Of a stretch of 64,000 nucleotides of DNA, positions 13,457-28,400 are shown one piece after another. The notes below the pieces were generated by a model that did not search any database, was not told where the DNA came from, and worked only from the letters and a program-made list of their open reading frames with translations. The first letter of the stretch is position 1, and every line of letters starts with the position of its first letter. This stretch comes from Yuukianura sp. NJ FZ-2021 (Eukaryota), in assembly GCA_046563655.1 (NCBI GenBank), contig CM102287.1:1612001-1676000 (forward strand), given 5' to 3'. The translations under genes were made by a program, and so were the position numbers.

Positions 13457-16400
13457 TTTTTTTGCAAAAAAATTGAATTTTTTCACCAAAAATTAAGTTC
13501 TAGGCACTTTATGTGGTGATCGGACTCAAATTTTCGGATTGCAAAATTGTGATCCAACATAGCCCAGAATGACTTCTTTGTCACTTTTTTTGCGAAAAAA
13601 TTGAATTTTTTTGCGAAAAAATTGAATTTTTTCACCAAAAATTGAGTTCTAGGCACTTTATGTGGTGATCGGACTTAAATTTTCGGATTGCAATATTGTG
13701 ATCCACCATAGCCCAGAATGACTCCTTTGTCACTTTTTTTGCGAAAAAATTGAATTTTTCTCTAAAAATTGAGTTATAGGCACTTTATATGGTTATCGGA
13801 CTTAAATTTTTGGATTGAAAAATTGTGATCCAACGTAGCCCAGAATGACTTTGTCCCTTTTTTGCAAAAAAATTGAATTTTTTCACCAAAAATTGAGTTC
13901 TAGGCACTTTATGTGGTGATCGGACTCAAATTTTCGGATTGCAAAATTGTGATCCAACGTAGCCCAGAATGACTTCTTTGTCACTTTTTTGCGAAAAAAT
14001 TGAATTTTTTGCGAAAAAATTGAATTTTTTTTCACCAAAAATTGAGTTCTAGGCACTTTATATGGTGATCGGACTTAAATTTTCTGATTGCAAAATTGTG
14101 ATTCAAAGTAGCCCAGAATGACTTCTTTGTCACTTTTTTTGCAAAAAAATTGAATTTTTCCCTAAAAATTGAGTTCTAGGCACTAGGTGATCGGACTAAA
14201 ATTTTCGGATTGCAAAATTGTGATCCACCGCAGCCCAGAAGGACTTTGTCACTTTTTTTTGCAAAAAAATTGTATTTTTTCACCAAAAATTGAGTTCTAG
14301 GCACTTTATGTTGTGATGGGACTCAAATTTTCGGATTGCAAAATTGTGATCCAACATAGCCCAGAATGACTTTGTCCCTTTTTTTTGCAAAAAAATTGAA
14401 TTTTTTCACCAAAAATTGAGTTCTAGGCACTTTATATGGTTATCGGACTTAAATTTTCGGATTGAAAAATTGTGATCCAACGTAGCCCAGAATGACTTTG
14501 TCCCTTTTTTGCAAAAAAATTGAATTTTTCTCTAAAAATTGAGTTCTAGGCACTTTATGTGGTGATCGGACTCAAATCTTCGGATTGCAAAATTGTGATC
14601 CAACGTAGCCCAGAATGACTTTGTCCCTTTTTTGCAAAAAAATTGAATTTTTTCACCAAAAATTGAGTTCTAGGCACTTTATGTGGTGATCGGACTCAAA
14701 TTTTCGGATTGCAAAATTGTGATCCAACATAGCCCAGAATGACTTCTTTGTCACTTTTTTTGCGAAAAAATTGAATTTTTTGCGAAAAAATTGAATTTTT
14801 ATGAAAAAATTGAATTTTTTCACCAAAAATTGAGTTATAGGCACTTTATATGGTTATCGGACTTAAATTTTCGGATTGAAAAATTGTGATCCAACGTAGC
14901 CCAGAATGACTTTGTCTCTTTTTTTTGCAAAAAAATTGAATTTTTTCACCAAAAATTGAGTTCTAGGCACTTGATGTGGTGATCGGACTCAAATTTTCGG
15001 ATTGCAAAATTGTGATTCAAAGTAGCCCAGAATGACTTCTTTGTCACTTTTTTTGCGAAAAAATTGAATTTTTTGCGAAAAAATTGAATTTTTTTCACCA
15101 AAAATTGAGTTCTAGGCACTTGATGTGGTGATCGGACTCAAATTTTCGGATTGCAAAATTGTGATTCAAAGTAGCCCAGAATGACTTCTTTGTCACGTTT
15201 TTTGCGAAAAAATTGAATTTTTTGCGAAAAAATTGAATTTTTCACCAAAAATTGAGTTCTAGGCACTTTATGTGGTGATCGGACTTAAATTTTCGGATTG
15301 CAATATTGTGATCCACCATAGCCCAGAATGACTCCTTTGTCACTTTTTTTGCGAAAAAATTGAATTTTTTCACCAAAAATTGAGTTATAGGCACTTTATA
15401 TGGTTATCGGACTTAAATTTTTGGATTGAAAAATTGTGATCCAACGTAGCCCAGAATGACTTTGTCCCTTTTTTTGCAAAAAAATTGAATTTTTTCACCA
15501 AAAATTGAGTTCTAGGCACTTTATGTGGTGATCGGACTCAAATTTTCGGATTGCAAAATTGTGATCCAACGTAGCCCAGAATGACTTCTTTGTCACTTTT
15601 TTTGCAAAAAAATTGAATTTTTCTCCAAAAATTGAGTTCTAGGCACTTTATGTGGTGATCGGACTTAAATTTTCGGATTGCAAAATTGTGATCCAACATA
15701 GCCCAGAATGACTTCTTTGTCACTTTTTTTGCGAAAAAATTGAATTTTTTGCGAAAAAATTGAATTTTTTCACCAAAAATTGAGTTCTAGGCACTTTATG
15801 TGGTAATCGGACTTAAATTTTCGGATTGCAATATTGTGATCCACCATAGCCCAGAATGACTCCTTTGTCACTTTTTTTGCGAAAAAATTGAATTTTTTCA
15901 CCAAAAATTGAGTTCTAGGCACTTTATATGGTGATCGGACTTAAATTTTCGGATTGCAAAATTGTGATTCAAAGTAGCCCAGAATGACTTCTTTGTCACT
16001 TTTTTTGCAAAAAAATTGAATTTTTTCACCAAAAATTGAGTTCTAGGCACTTTATGGGGTGATCGGACTCGAATTTTCGGATTGCAAAATTGTGATCCAC
16101 CGCAGCCCAGAAGGACTTTGTCACTTTTTTTTGCAAAAAAATTGTATTTTTTCACCAAAAATTGAGTTATAGGCACTTTATGTGGTTATCGGACTTAAAT
16201 TTTCGGATTGAAAAATTGTGATCCAACGTAGCCCAGAATGACTTTGTCCTTTTTTGCAAAAAAATTGAATTTTTTCACCAAAAATTGAGTTCTAGGCACT
16301 TTATATGGTTATCGGACTTAAATTTTCGGATTGAAAAATTGTGATCCAACGTAGCCCAGAATGACTTTGTCCCTTTTTTTGCAAAAAAATTGGATTTTTT

Positions 16401-19400
16401 CACCAAAAATTGAGTTCTAGGCACTTTATATGGTGATCGGACTTAAATTTTCGGATTGCAAAATTGTGATTCAAAGTAGCCCAGAATGACTTCTTTGTCA
16501 CTTTTTTTGCAAAAAAATTGAATTTTTTCACCAAAAATTGAGTTCTAGGCACTTTATGAGGTGATCGGACTCGAATTTTCGGATTGCAAAATTGTGATCC
16601 ACCGCAGCCCAGAAGGACTTTGTCACTTTTTTTGCAAAAAAATTGTATTTTTTCACCAAAAATTGAGTTATAGGCACTTTATGTGGTTATCGGACTTAAA
16701 TTTTCGGATTGAAAAATTGTGATCCAACGTAGCCCAGAATGACTTTGTCCCTTTTTTTGCAAAAAAATTGAATTTTTTCACCAAAAATTGAGTTCTAGGC
16801 ACTTTATATGGTTATCGGACTTAAATTTTCGGATTGAAAAATTGTGATCCAACGTAGCCCAGAATGACTTTGTCCCTTTTTTTGCAAAAAAATTGGATTT
16901 TTTCACCAAAAATTGAGTTCTAGGCACTTTATGTTGTGATGGGACTCAAATTTTCGGATTGCAAAATTGTGATCCAACATAGCCCAGAATGACTTTGTCC
17001 CTTTTTTTGCAAAAAAATTGAATTTTTTCACCAAAAATTGAGTTCTAGGCACTTTATATGGTTATCGGACTTAAATTTTCGGATTGAAAAATTGTGATCC
17101 ACCATAGCCCAGAATGACTCCTTTGTCACTTTTTTTGCGAAAAATTGAATTTTTTCACCAAAAATTGAGTTCTAGGCACTTTATATGGTGATCGGACTTA
17201 AATTTTCGGATTGCAAAATTGTGATTCAAAGTAGCCCAGAATGACTTCTTTGTCACTTTTTTTGCAAAAAAAATTGAATTTTTCCCTAAAAATTGAGTTC
17301 TAGGCACTAGGTGATCGGACTAAAATTTTCGGATTGCAAAATTGTGATCCACCGCAGCCCAGAAGGACTTTGTCACTTTTTTGCAAAAAAATTGTATTTT
17401 TTCACCAAAAATTGAGTTATAGGCACTTTATGTGGTTATCGGACTTAAATTTTCGGATTGAAAAATTGTGATCCAACGTAGCCCAGAATGACTTTGTCCC
17501 TTTTTTTGCAAAAAAATTGAATTTTTTCACCAAAAATTGAGTTCTAGGCACTTTATATGGTTATCGGACTTAAATTTTCGGATTGAAAAATTGTGATCCA
17601 ACGTAGCCCAGAATGACTTTGTCCCTTTTTTTGCAAAAAAATTGGATTTTTTCACCAAAAATTGAGTTCTAGGCACTTTATGTTGTGATGGGACTCAAAT
17701 TTTCGGATTGCAAAATTGTGATCCAACATAGCCCAGAATGACTTTGTCCCTTTTTTTGCAAAAAAATTGAATTTTTTCACCAAAAATTGAGTTCTAGGCA
17801 CTTTATATGGTTATCGGACTTAAATTTTCGGATTGAAAAATTGTGATCCAACGTAGCCCAGAATGACTTTGTCCCTTTTTTGCAAAAAAAATTGAATTTT
17901 TTCACCAAAAATTGAGTTCTAGGCACTTTATGTTGTGATGGGACTCAAATTTTCGGATTGCAAAATTGTGATCCAACATAGCCCAGAATGACTTTGTCCC
18001 TTTTTTTTGCAAAAAAATTGAATTTTTTCACCAAAAATTGAGTTCTAGGCACTTTATATGGTGATCGGACTCAAATTTTCGGATTGCAAAATTGTGATCC
18101 AACATAGCCCAGAATGACTTTGTCCCTTTTTTTGCGAAAAAATTGAATTTTTTGCGAAAAAATTGAATTTTTTTCACCAAAAATTGAGTTATAGGCACTT
18201 TATATGGTTATCGGACTTAAATTTTCGGATTGAAAAATTGTGATCCAACGTAGCCCAGAATGACTTTGTCTCTTTTTTTGCGAAAAAATTGAATTTTTTC
18301 ACCAAAAATTGAGTTCTAGGCACTTGATGTGGTGATCGGACTCAAATTTTCGGATTGCAAAATTGTGATTCAAAGTAGCCCAGAATGACTTCTTTGTCAC
18401 TTTTTTTGCGAAAAAATTGAATTTTTTGCGAAAAAATTGAATTTTTTCACCAAAAATTGAGTTCTAGGCACTTTATGTGGTGATCGGACTCAAATTTTCG
18501 GATTGCAAAATTGTGATCCAACATAGCCCAGAATGACTTTGTCCCTTTTTTTGCGAAAAAATTGAATTTTTTGCGAAAAAATTGAATTTTTTGCGAAAAA
18601 ATTGAATTTTTTGCGAAAAAATTGAATTTTTTTCACCAAAAATTGAGTTATAGGCACTTTATATGGTTATCGGACTCAAATTTTCGGATTGCAAAATTGT
18701 GATTCAAAGTAGCCCAGAATGACTTCTTTGTCACGTTTTTTGCGAAAAAATTGAATTTTTTGCGAAAAAATTGAATTTTTTCACCAAAAATTGAGTTCTA
18801 GGCACTTTATGTGGTGATCGGACTTAAATTTTCGGATTGCAATATTGTGATCCACCATAGCCCAGAATGACTCCTTTGTCACTTTTTTTGCGAAAAAATT
18901 GAATTTTTTCACCAAAAATTGAGTTATAGGCACTTTATATGGTTATCGGACTCGAATTTTCGGATTGCAAAATTGTGATCCACCGCAGCCTAGAAGGACT
19001 TTGTCACTTTTTTTGCGAAAAAATTGAATTTTTTGCGAAAAAATTGAATTTTTTCACCAAAAATTGAGTTCTAGGCACTTTATGTGGTGATCGGACTCGA
19101 ATTTTCGGATTGCAAAATTGTGATCCACCGCAGCCCAGAAGGACTTTGTCACTTTTTTTTGCAAAAAAATTGTATTTTTTCACCAAAAATTGAGTTATAG
19201 GCACTTTATGTGGTTATCGGACTTAAATTTTCGGATTGAAAAATTGTGATCCAACGTAGCCCAGAATGACTTTGTCCCTTTTTTTGCAAAAAAATTGAAT
19301 TTTTTCACCAAAAATTGAGTTCTAGGCACTTTATATGGTTATCGGACTTAAATTTTCGGATTGAAAAATTGTGATCCAACGTAGCCCAGAATGACTTTGT

Positions 19401-22400
19401 CCCTTTTTTTGCAAAAAAATTGGATTTTTTCACCAAAAATTGAGTTCTAGGCACTTTATGTTGTGATGGGACTCAAATTTTCGGATTGCAAAATTGTGAT
19501 CCAACATAGCCCAGAATGACTCCTTTGTCACTTTTTTTGCGAAAAAATTGAATTTTTTGCGAAAAAATTGAATTTTTTCACCAAAAATTGAGTTCTAGGC
19601 ACTTTATGTGGTAATCGGACTTAAATTTTCGGATTGCAATATTGTGATCCACCATAGCCCAGAATGACTCCTTTGTCACTTTTTTTGCGAAAAAATTGAA
19701 TTTTTTCACCAAAAATTGAGTTCTAGGCACTTTATATGGTGATCGGACTTAAATTTTCGGATTGCAAAATTGTGATTCAAAGTAGCCCAGAATGACTTCT
19801 TTGTCACTTTTTTTGCAAAAAAAATTGAATTTTTTCACCAAAAATTGAGTTCTAGGCACTTTATGAGGTGATCGGACTCGAATTTTCGGATTGCAAAATT
19901 GTGATCCACCGCAGCCCAGAAGGACTTTGTCACTTTTTTTTGCAAAAAAATTGTATTTTTTCACCAAAAATTGAGTTATAGGCACTTTATGTGGTTATCG
20001 GACTTAAATTTTCGGATTGAAAAATTGTGATCCAACGTAGCCCAGAATGACTTTGTCCCTTTTTTTGCAAAAAAATTGAATTTTTTCACCAAAAATTGAG
20101 TTCTAGGCACTTTATATGGTTATCGGACTTAAATTTTCGGATTGAAAAATTGTGATCCAACGTAGCCCAGAATGACTTTGTCCCTTTTTTTGCAAAAAAA
20201 TTGGATTTTTTTCACCAAAAATTGAGTTCTAGGCACTTTATGTTGTGATGGGACTCAAATTTTCGGATTGCAAAATTGTGATCCAACATAGCCCAGAATG
20301 ACTTTGTCACTTTTTTTGCAAAAAATTGAATTTTTTCACCAAAAATTGAGTTCTAGGCACTTTATATGGTTATCGGACTTAAATTTTCGGATTGAAAAAT
20401 TGTGATCCACCATAGCCCAGAATGACTCCTTTGTCACTTTTTTTGCGAAAAAATTGAATTTTTTCACCAAAAATTGAGTTCTAGGCACTTTATATGGTGA
20501 TCGGACTTAAATTTTCGGATTGCAAAATTGTGATTCAAAGTAGCCCAGAATGACTTCTTTGTCACTTTTTTTGCAAAAAAAATTGAATTTTTCCCTAAAA
20601 ATTGAGTTCTAGGCACTAGGTGATCGGACTAAAATTTTCGGATTGCAAAATTGTGATCCACCGCAGCCCAGAAGGACTTTGTCACTTTTTTTTGCAAAAA
20701 AATTGTGTTTTTTCACCAAAAATTGAGTTATAGGCACTTTATGTGGTTATCGGACTTAAATTTTCGGATTGAAAAATTGTGATCCAACGTAGCCCAGAAT
20801 GACTTTGTCCCTTTTTTTGCAAAAAATTGAATTTTTTCACCAAAAATTGAGTTCTAGGCACTTTATATGGTTATCGGACTTAAATTTTCGGATTGAAAAA
20901 TTGTGATCCAACGTAGCCCAGAATGACTTTGTCCCTTTTTTTGCAAAAAAATTGGATTTTTTCACCAAAAATTGAGTTCTAGGCACTTTATGTTGTGATG
21001 GGACTCAAATTTTCGGATTGCAAAATTGTGATCCAACATAGCCCAGAATGACTTTGTCCCTTTTTTTTGCAAAAAAATTGAATTTTTTCACCAAAAATTG
21101 AGTTCTAGGCACTTTATATGGTTATCGGACTTAAATTTTCGGATTGAAAAATTGTGATCCAACGTAGCCCAGAATGACTTTGTCCCTTTTTGCAAAAAAA
21201 ATTGAATTTTTTCACCAAAAATTGAGTTCTAGGCACTTTATCTGGTGATCGGACTCAAATTTTCGGATTGCAAAATTGTGATCCAACATAGCCCAGAATG
21301 ACTTTGTCCCTTTTTTTGCGAAAAAATTGAATTTTTTGCGAAAAAATTGAATTTTTTCACCAAAAATTGAGTTATAGGCACTTTATATGGTTATCGGACT
21401 TAAATTTTCGGATTGAAAAATTGTGATCCAACGTAGCCCAGAATGACTTTGTCTCTTTTTTTTGCAAAAAAATTGTGTTTTTTCACCAAAAATTGAGTTA
21501 TAGGCACTTTATGTGGTTATCGGACTTAAATTTTCGGATTGAAAAATTGTGATCCAACGTAGCCCAGAATGACTTTGTCCCTTTTTTTGCAAAAAAATTG
21601 AATTTTTTCACCAAAAATTGAGTTCTAGGCACTTTATATGGTTATCGGACTTAAATTTTCGGATTGAAAAATTGTGATCCAACGTAGCCCAGAATGACTT
21701 TGTCCCTTTTTTTGCAAAAAAATTGGATTTTTTCACCAAAAATTGAGTTCTAGGCACTTTATGTTGTGATGGGACTCAAATTTTCGGATTGCAAAATTGT
21801 GATCCAACATAGCCCAGAATGACTTTGTCCCTTTTTTTTGCAAAAAAATTGAATTTTTTCACCAAAAATTGAGTTCTAGGCACTTTATATGGTTATCGGA
21901 CTTAAATTTTCGGATTGAAAAATTGTGATCCAACGTAGCCCAGAATGACTTTGTCCCTTTTTTGCAAAAAAAATTGAATTTTTTCACCAAAAATTGAGTT
22001 CTAGGCACTTTATCTGGTGATCGGACTCAAATTTTCGGATTGCAAAATTGTGATCCAACATAGCCCAGAATGACTTTGTCCCTTTTTTTGCGAAAAAATT
22101 GAATTTTTTGCGAAAAAATTGAATTTTTTCACCAAAAATTGAGTTATAGGCACTTTATATGGTTATCGGACTTAAATTTTCGGATTGAAAAATTGTGATC
22201 CAACGTAGCCCAGAATGACTTTGTCTCTTTTTTTTTGCAAAAAAATTGAATTTTTTCACCAAAAATTGAGTTCTAGGCACTTGATGTGGTGATCGGACTC
22301 AAATTTTCGGATTGCAAAATTGTGATTCAAAGTAGCCCAGAATGACTTCTTTGTCACTTTTTTTGCGAAAAAATTGAATTTTTTGCGAAAAAATTGAATT

Positions 22401-25400
22401 TTTCACCAAAAATTGAGTTCTAGGCACTTTATGTGGTGATCGGACTCAAATTTTCGGATTGCAAAATTGTGATCCAACGTAGCCCAGAATGACTTTGTCC
22501 CTTTTTTTGCGAAAAAATTGAATTTTTTGCGAAAAAATTGAATTTTTTGCGAAAAAATTGAATTTTTTGCGAAAAAATTGAATTTTTTCACCAAAAATTG
22601 AGTTATAGGCACTTTATATGGTTATCGGACTTAAATTTTCGGATTGAAAAATTGTGATCCAACGTAGCCCAGAATGACTTTGTCTCTTTTTTTGCGAAAA
22701 AATTGAATTTTTTCACCAAAAATTGAGTTATAGGCACTTTATATGGTTATCGGACTCGAATTTTCGGATTGCAAAATTGTGATCCACCGCAGCCTAGAAG
22801 GACTTTGTCACTTTTTTTGCGAAAAAATTGAATTTTTTGCGAAAAAATTGAATTTTTCACCAAAAATTGAGTTCTAGGCACTTTATGTGGTGATCGGACT
22901 CGAATTTTCGGATTGCAAAATTGTGATCCACCGCAGCCCAGAAGGACTTTGTCACTTTTTTTGCAAAAAAATTGTATTTTTTCACCAAAAATTGAGTTAT
23001 AGGCACTTTATGTGGTTATCGGACTTAAATTTTCGGATTGAAAAATTGTGATCCAACGTAGCCCAGAATGACTTTGTCCCTTTTTTTGCAAAAAAATTGA
23101 ATTTTTTCACCAAAAATTGAGTTCTAGGCACTTTATATGGTTATCGGACTTAAATTTTCGGATTGAAAAATTGTGATCCACCATAGCCCAGAATGACTCC
23201 TTTGTCACTTTTTTTGCGAAAAAATTGAATTTTTTCACCAAAAATTGAGTTATAGGCACTTTATATGGTTATCGGACTCGAATTTTCGGATTGCAAAATT
23301 GTGATCCACCGCAGCCTAGAAGGACTTTGTCACTTTTTTTGCGAAAAAATTGAATTTTTTGCGAAAAAAATTGAATTTTTTTCACCAAAAATTGAGTTCT
23401 AGGCACTTTATGTGGTGATCGGACTCGAATTTTCGGATTGCAAAATTGTGATCCACCGCAGCCCAGAAGGACTTTGTCACTTTTTTTTGCAAAAAAATTG
23501 TATTTTTTCACCAAAAATTGAGTTATAGGCACTTTATGTGGTTATCGGACTTAAATTTTCGGATTGAAAAATTGTGATCCAACGTAGCCCAGAATGACTT
23601 TGTCCCTTTTTTTGCAAAAAAATTGAATTTTTTCACCAAAAATTGAGTTCTAGGCACTTTATATGGTTATCGGACTTAAATTTTCGGATTGAAAAATTGT
23701 GATCCAACGTAGCCCAGAATGACTTTGTCCCTTTTTTTGCAAAAAAATTGGATTTTTTCACCAAAAATTGAGTTCTAGGCACTTTATGTTGTGATGGGAC
23801 TCAAATTTTCGGATTGCAAAATTGTGATCCAACATAGCCCAGAATGACTTTGTCCCTTTTTTTTGCAAAAAAATTGAATTTTTTCACCAAAAATTGAGTT
23901 CTAGGCACTTTATATGGTTATCGGACTTAAATTGTCGGATTGAAAAATTGTGATCCACCATAGCCCAGAATGACTCCTTTGTCACTTTTTTTGCGAAAAA
24001 ATTGAATTTTTTCACCAAAAATTGAGTTCTAGGCACTTTATATGGTGATCGGACTTAAATTTTCGGATTGCAAAATTGTGATTCAAAGTAGCCCAGAATG
24101 ACTTCTTTGTCACTTTTTTTGCAAAAAAAATTGAATTTTTCCCTAAAAATTGAGTTCTAGGCACTAGGTGATCGGACTAAAATTTTCGGATTGCAAAATT
24201 GTGATCCACCGCAGCCCAGAAGGACTTTGTCACTTTTTTTTGCAAAAAAATTGTATTTTTTCACCAAAAATTGAGTTATAGGCACTTTATGTGGTTATCG
24301 GACTTAAATTTTCGGATTGAAAAATTGTGATCCAACGTAGCCCAGAATGACTTTGTCCCTTTTTTTGCAAAAAAATTGAATTTTTTCACCAAAAATTGAG
24401 TTCTAGGCACTTTATATGGTTATCGGACTTAAATTTTCGGATTGAAAAATTGTGATCCAACGTAGCCCAGAATGACTTTGTCCCTTTTTTTGCAAAAAAA
24501 ATTGGATTTTTTCACCAAAAATTGAGTTCTAGGCACTTTATGTTGTGATGGGACTCAAATTTTCGGATTGCAAAATTGTGATCCAACATAGCCCAGAATG
24601 ACTTTGTCCCTTTTTTTTGCAAAAAAATTGAATTTTTTCACCAAAAATTGAGTTCTAGGCACTTTATGTGGTGATCGGACTCAAATTTTCGGATTGCAAA
24701 ATTGTGATCCAACATAGCCCAGAATGACTTTGTCCCTTTTTTTTGCGAAAAAATTGAATTTTTTGCGAAAAAATTGAATTATTTGCGAAAAAATTGAATT
24801 TTTTCACCAAAAATTGAGTTATAGGCACTTTATATGGTTATCGGACTTAAATTTTCGGATTGAAAAATTGTGATCCAACGTAGCCCAGAATGACTTTGTC
24901 TCTTTTTTTTGCAAAAAAATTGAATTTTTTCACCAAAAATTGAGTTCTAGGCACTTGATGTGGTGATCGGACTCAAATTTTCGGATTGCAAAATTGTGAT
25001 TCAAAGTAGCCCAGAATGACTTCTTTGTCACGTTTTTTGCGAAAAAATTGAATTTTTTGCGAAAAAATTGAATTTTTTCACCAAAAATTGAGTTCTAGGC
25101 ACTTTATGTGGTGATCGGACTTAAATTTTCGGATTGCAATATTGTGATCCACCATAGCCCAGAATGACTCCTTTGTCACTTTTTTTGCGAAAAAATTGAA
25201 TTTTTTCACCAAAAATTGAGTTATAGGCACTTTATATGGTTATCGGACTTAAATTTTTGGATTGAAAAATTGTGATCCAACGTAGCCCAGAATGACTTTG
25301 TCCCTTTTTTTGCAAAAAAATTGAATTTTTTCACCAAAAATTGAGTTCTAGGCACTTTATGTGGTGATCGGACTCAAATTTTTGGATTGAAAAATTGTGA

Positions 25401-28400
25401 TCCAACGTAGCCCAGAATGACTTCTTTGTCACTTTTTTTGCGAAAAAATTGAATTTTTTGCGAAAAAAATTGAATTTTTTTCACCAAAAATTGAGTTCTA
25501 GGCACTTTATGTGGTGATCGGACTCGAATTTTCGGATTGCAAAATTGTGATCCACCGCAGCCCAGAAGGACTTTGTCACTTTTTTTTGCAAAAAAATTGT
25601 ATTTTTTCACCAAAAATTGAGTTATAGGCACTTTATGTGGTTATCGGACTTAAATTTTCGGATTGAAAAATTGTGATCCAACGTAGCCCAGAATGACTTT
25701 GTCCTTTTTTTGCAAAAAAATTGAATTTTTTCACCAAAAATTGAGTTCTAGGCACTTTATATGGTTATCGGACTTAAATTTTCGGATTGAAAAATTGTGA
25801 TCCAACGTAGCCCAGAATGACTTTGTCCCTTTTTTGCAAAAAAATTGGATTTTTTCACCAAAAATTGAGTTCTAGGCACTTTATGTTGTGATGGGACTCA
25901 AATTTTCGGATTGCAAAATTGTGATCCAACATAGCCCAGAATGACTTTGTCCCTTTTTTTTGCAAAAAAATTGAATTTTTTCACCAAAAATTGAGTTCTA
26001 GGCACTTTATATGGTTATCGGACTTAAATTGTCGGATTGAAAAATTGTGATCCACCATAGCCCAGAATGACTCCTTTGTCACTTTTTTTGCGAAAAAATT
26101 GAATTTTTTCACCAAAAATTGAGTTCTAGGCACTTTATATGGTGATCGGACTTAAATTTTCGGATTGCAAAATTGTGATTCAAAGTAGCCCAGAATGACT
26201 TCTTTGTCACTTTTTTTGCAAAAAAATTGAATTTTTCCCAAAAAATTGAGTTCTAGGCACTAGGTGATCGGACTAAAATTTTCGGATTGCAAAATTGTGA
26301 TCCACCGCAGCCCAGAAGGACTTTGTCACTTTTTTTTGCAAAAAAATTGTATTTTTTCACCAAAAATTGAGTTATAGGCACTTTATGTGGTTATCGGACT
26401 TAAATTTTCGGATTGAAAAATTGTGATCCAACGTAGCCCAGAATGACTTTGTCCCTTTTTTTTGCAAAAAAATTGAATTTTTTCACCAAAAATTGAGTTC
26501 TAGGCACTTTATATGGTTATCGGACTTAAATTTTCGGATTGAAAAATTGTGATCCAACGTAGCCCAGAATGACTTTGTCCCTTTTTTTGCAAAAAAATTG
26601 GATTTTTTCACCAAAAATTGAGTTCTAGGCACTTTATGTTGTGATGGGACTCAAATTTTCGGATTGCAAAATTGTGATCCAACATAGCCCAGAATGACTT
26701 TGTCCCTTTTTTTTGCAAAAAAATTGAATTTTTTCACCAAAAATTGAGTTCTAGGCACTTTATATGGTTATCGGACTTAAATTTTCGGATTGAAAAATTG
26801 TGATCCAACGTAGCCCAGAATGACTTTGTCCCTTTTTTTGCAAAAAAAATTGAATTTTTTCACCAAAAATTGAGTTCTAGGCACTTTATGTGGTGATCGG
26901 ACTCAAATTTACGGATTGCAAAATTGTGATCCAACATAGCCCAGAATGACTTTGTCCCTTTTTTTGCGAAAAAATTGAATTTTTTGCGAAAAAATTGAAT
27001 TTTTTGCGAAAAAATTGAATTTTTTCACCAAAAATTGAGTTATAGGCACTTTATATGGTTATCGGACTTAAATTTTCGGATTGAAAAATTGTGATCCAAC
27101 GTAGCCCAGAATGACTTTGTCTCTTTTTTTTGCAAAAAAATTGAATTTTTTCACCAAAAATTGAGTTCTAGGCACTTGATGTGGTGATCGGACTCAAATT
27201 TTCGGATTGCAAAATTGTGATTCAAAGTAGCCCAGAATGACTTCTTTGTCACTTTTTTTGCGAAAAAATTGAATTTTTTGCGAAAAAATTGAATTTTTTC
27301 ACCAAAAATTGAGTTCTAGGCACTTTATGTGGTGATCGGACTCAAATTTTCGGATTGCAAAATTGTGATCCAACATAGCCCAGAATGACTTTGTCCCTTT
27401 TTTTGCGAAAAAATTGAATTTTTTGCGAAAAAATTGAATTTTTTGCGAAAAAATTGAATTTTTTTCACCAAAAATTGAGTTATAGGCACTTTATATGGTT
27501 ATCGGACTTAAATTTTCGGATTGAAAAATTGTGATCCAACGTAGCCCAGAATGACTTTGTCTCTTTTTTTTTGCAAAAAAATTGAATTTTTTCACCAAAA
27601 ATTGAGTTCTAGGCACTTGATGTGGTGATCGGACTTAAATTTTCGGATTGCAATATTGTGATCCACCATAGCCCAGAATGACTCCTTTGTCACTTTTTTT
27701 GCGAAAAAATTGAATTTTTTCACCAAAAATTGAGTTATAGGCACTTTATATGGTTATCGGACTTAAATTTTTGGATTGAAAAATTGTGATCCAACGTAGC
27801 CCAGAATGACTTTGTCCCTTTTTTTGCAAAAAAATTGAATTTTTTCACCAAAAATTGAGTTCTAGGCACTTTATGTGGTGATCGGACTCAAATTTTCGGA
27901 TTGCAAAATTGTGATCCAACGTAGCCCAGAATGACTTCTTTGTCACTTTTTTGCGAAAAAAATTCAATTTTTTGCGAAAAAATTGAATTTTTTCACCAAA
28001 AATTGAGTTCTAGGCACTTTATATGGTGATCGGACTTAAATTTTCTGATTGCAAAATTGTGATTCAAAGTAGCCCAGAATGACTTCTTTGTCACTTTTTT
28101 TGCAAAAAACTTGAATTTTTTCACCAAAAATTGAGTTATAGGCACTATATATGGTTATCGGACTTAAATTTTCGGATTGAAAAATTGTGATTCAACGTAG
28201 CCCAGAATGACTTTGTCCCTTTTTTTGCAAAAAAATTGAATTTTTTCACCAAAAATTGAGTTCTAGGCACTTTATGTGGTGATCGGACTCAAATTTTCGG
28301 ATTGCAAAATTGTGATCCAACATAGCCCAGAATGACTTCTTTGTCACTTTTTTTGCAAAAAACTTGAATTTTTTCACCAAAAATTGAGTTATAGGCACTA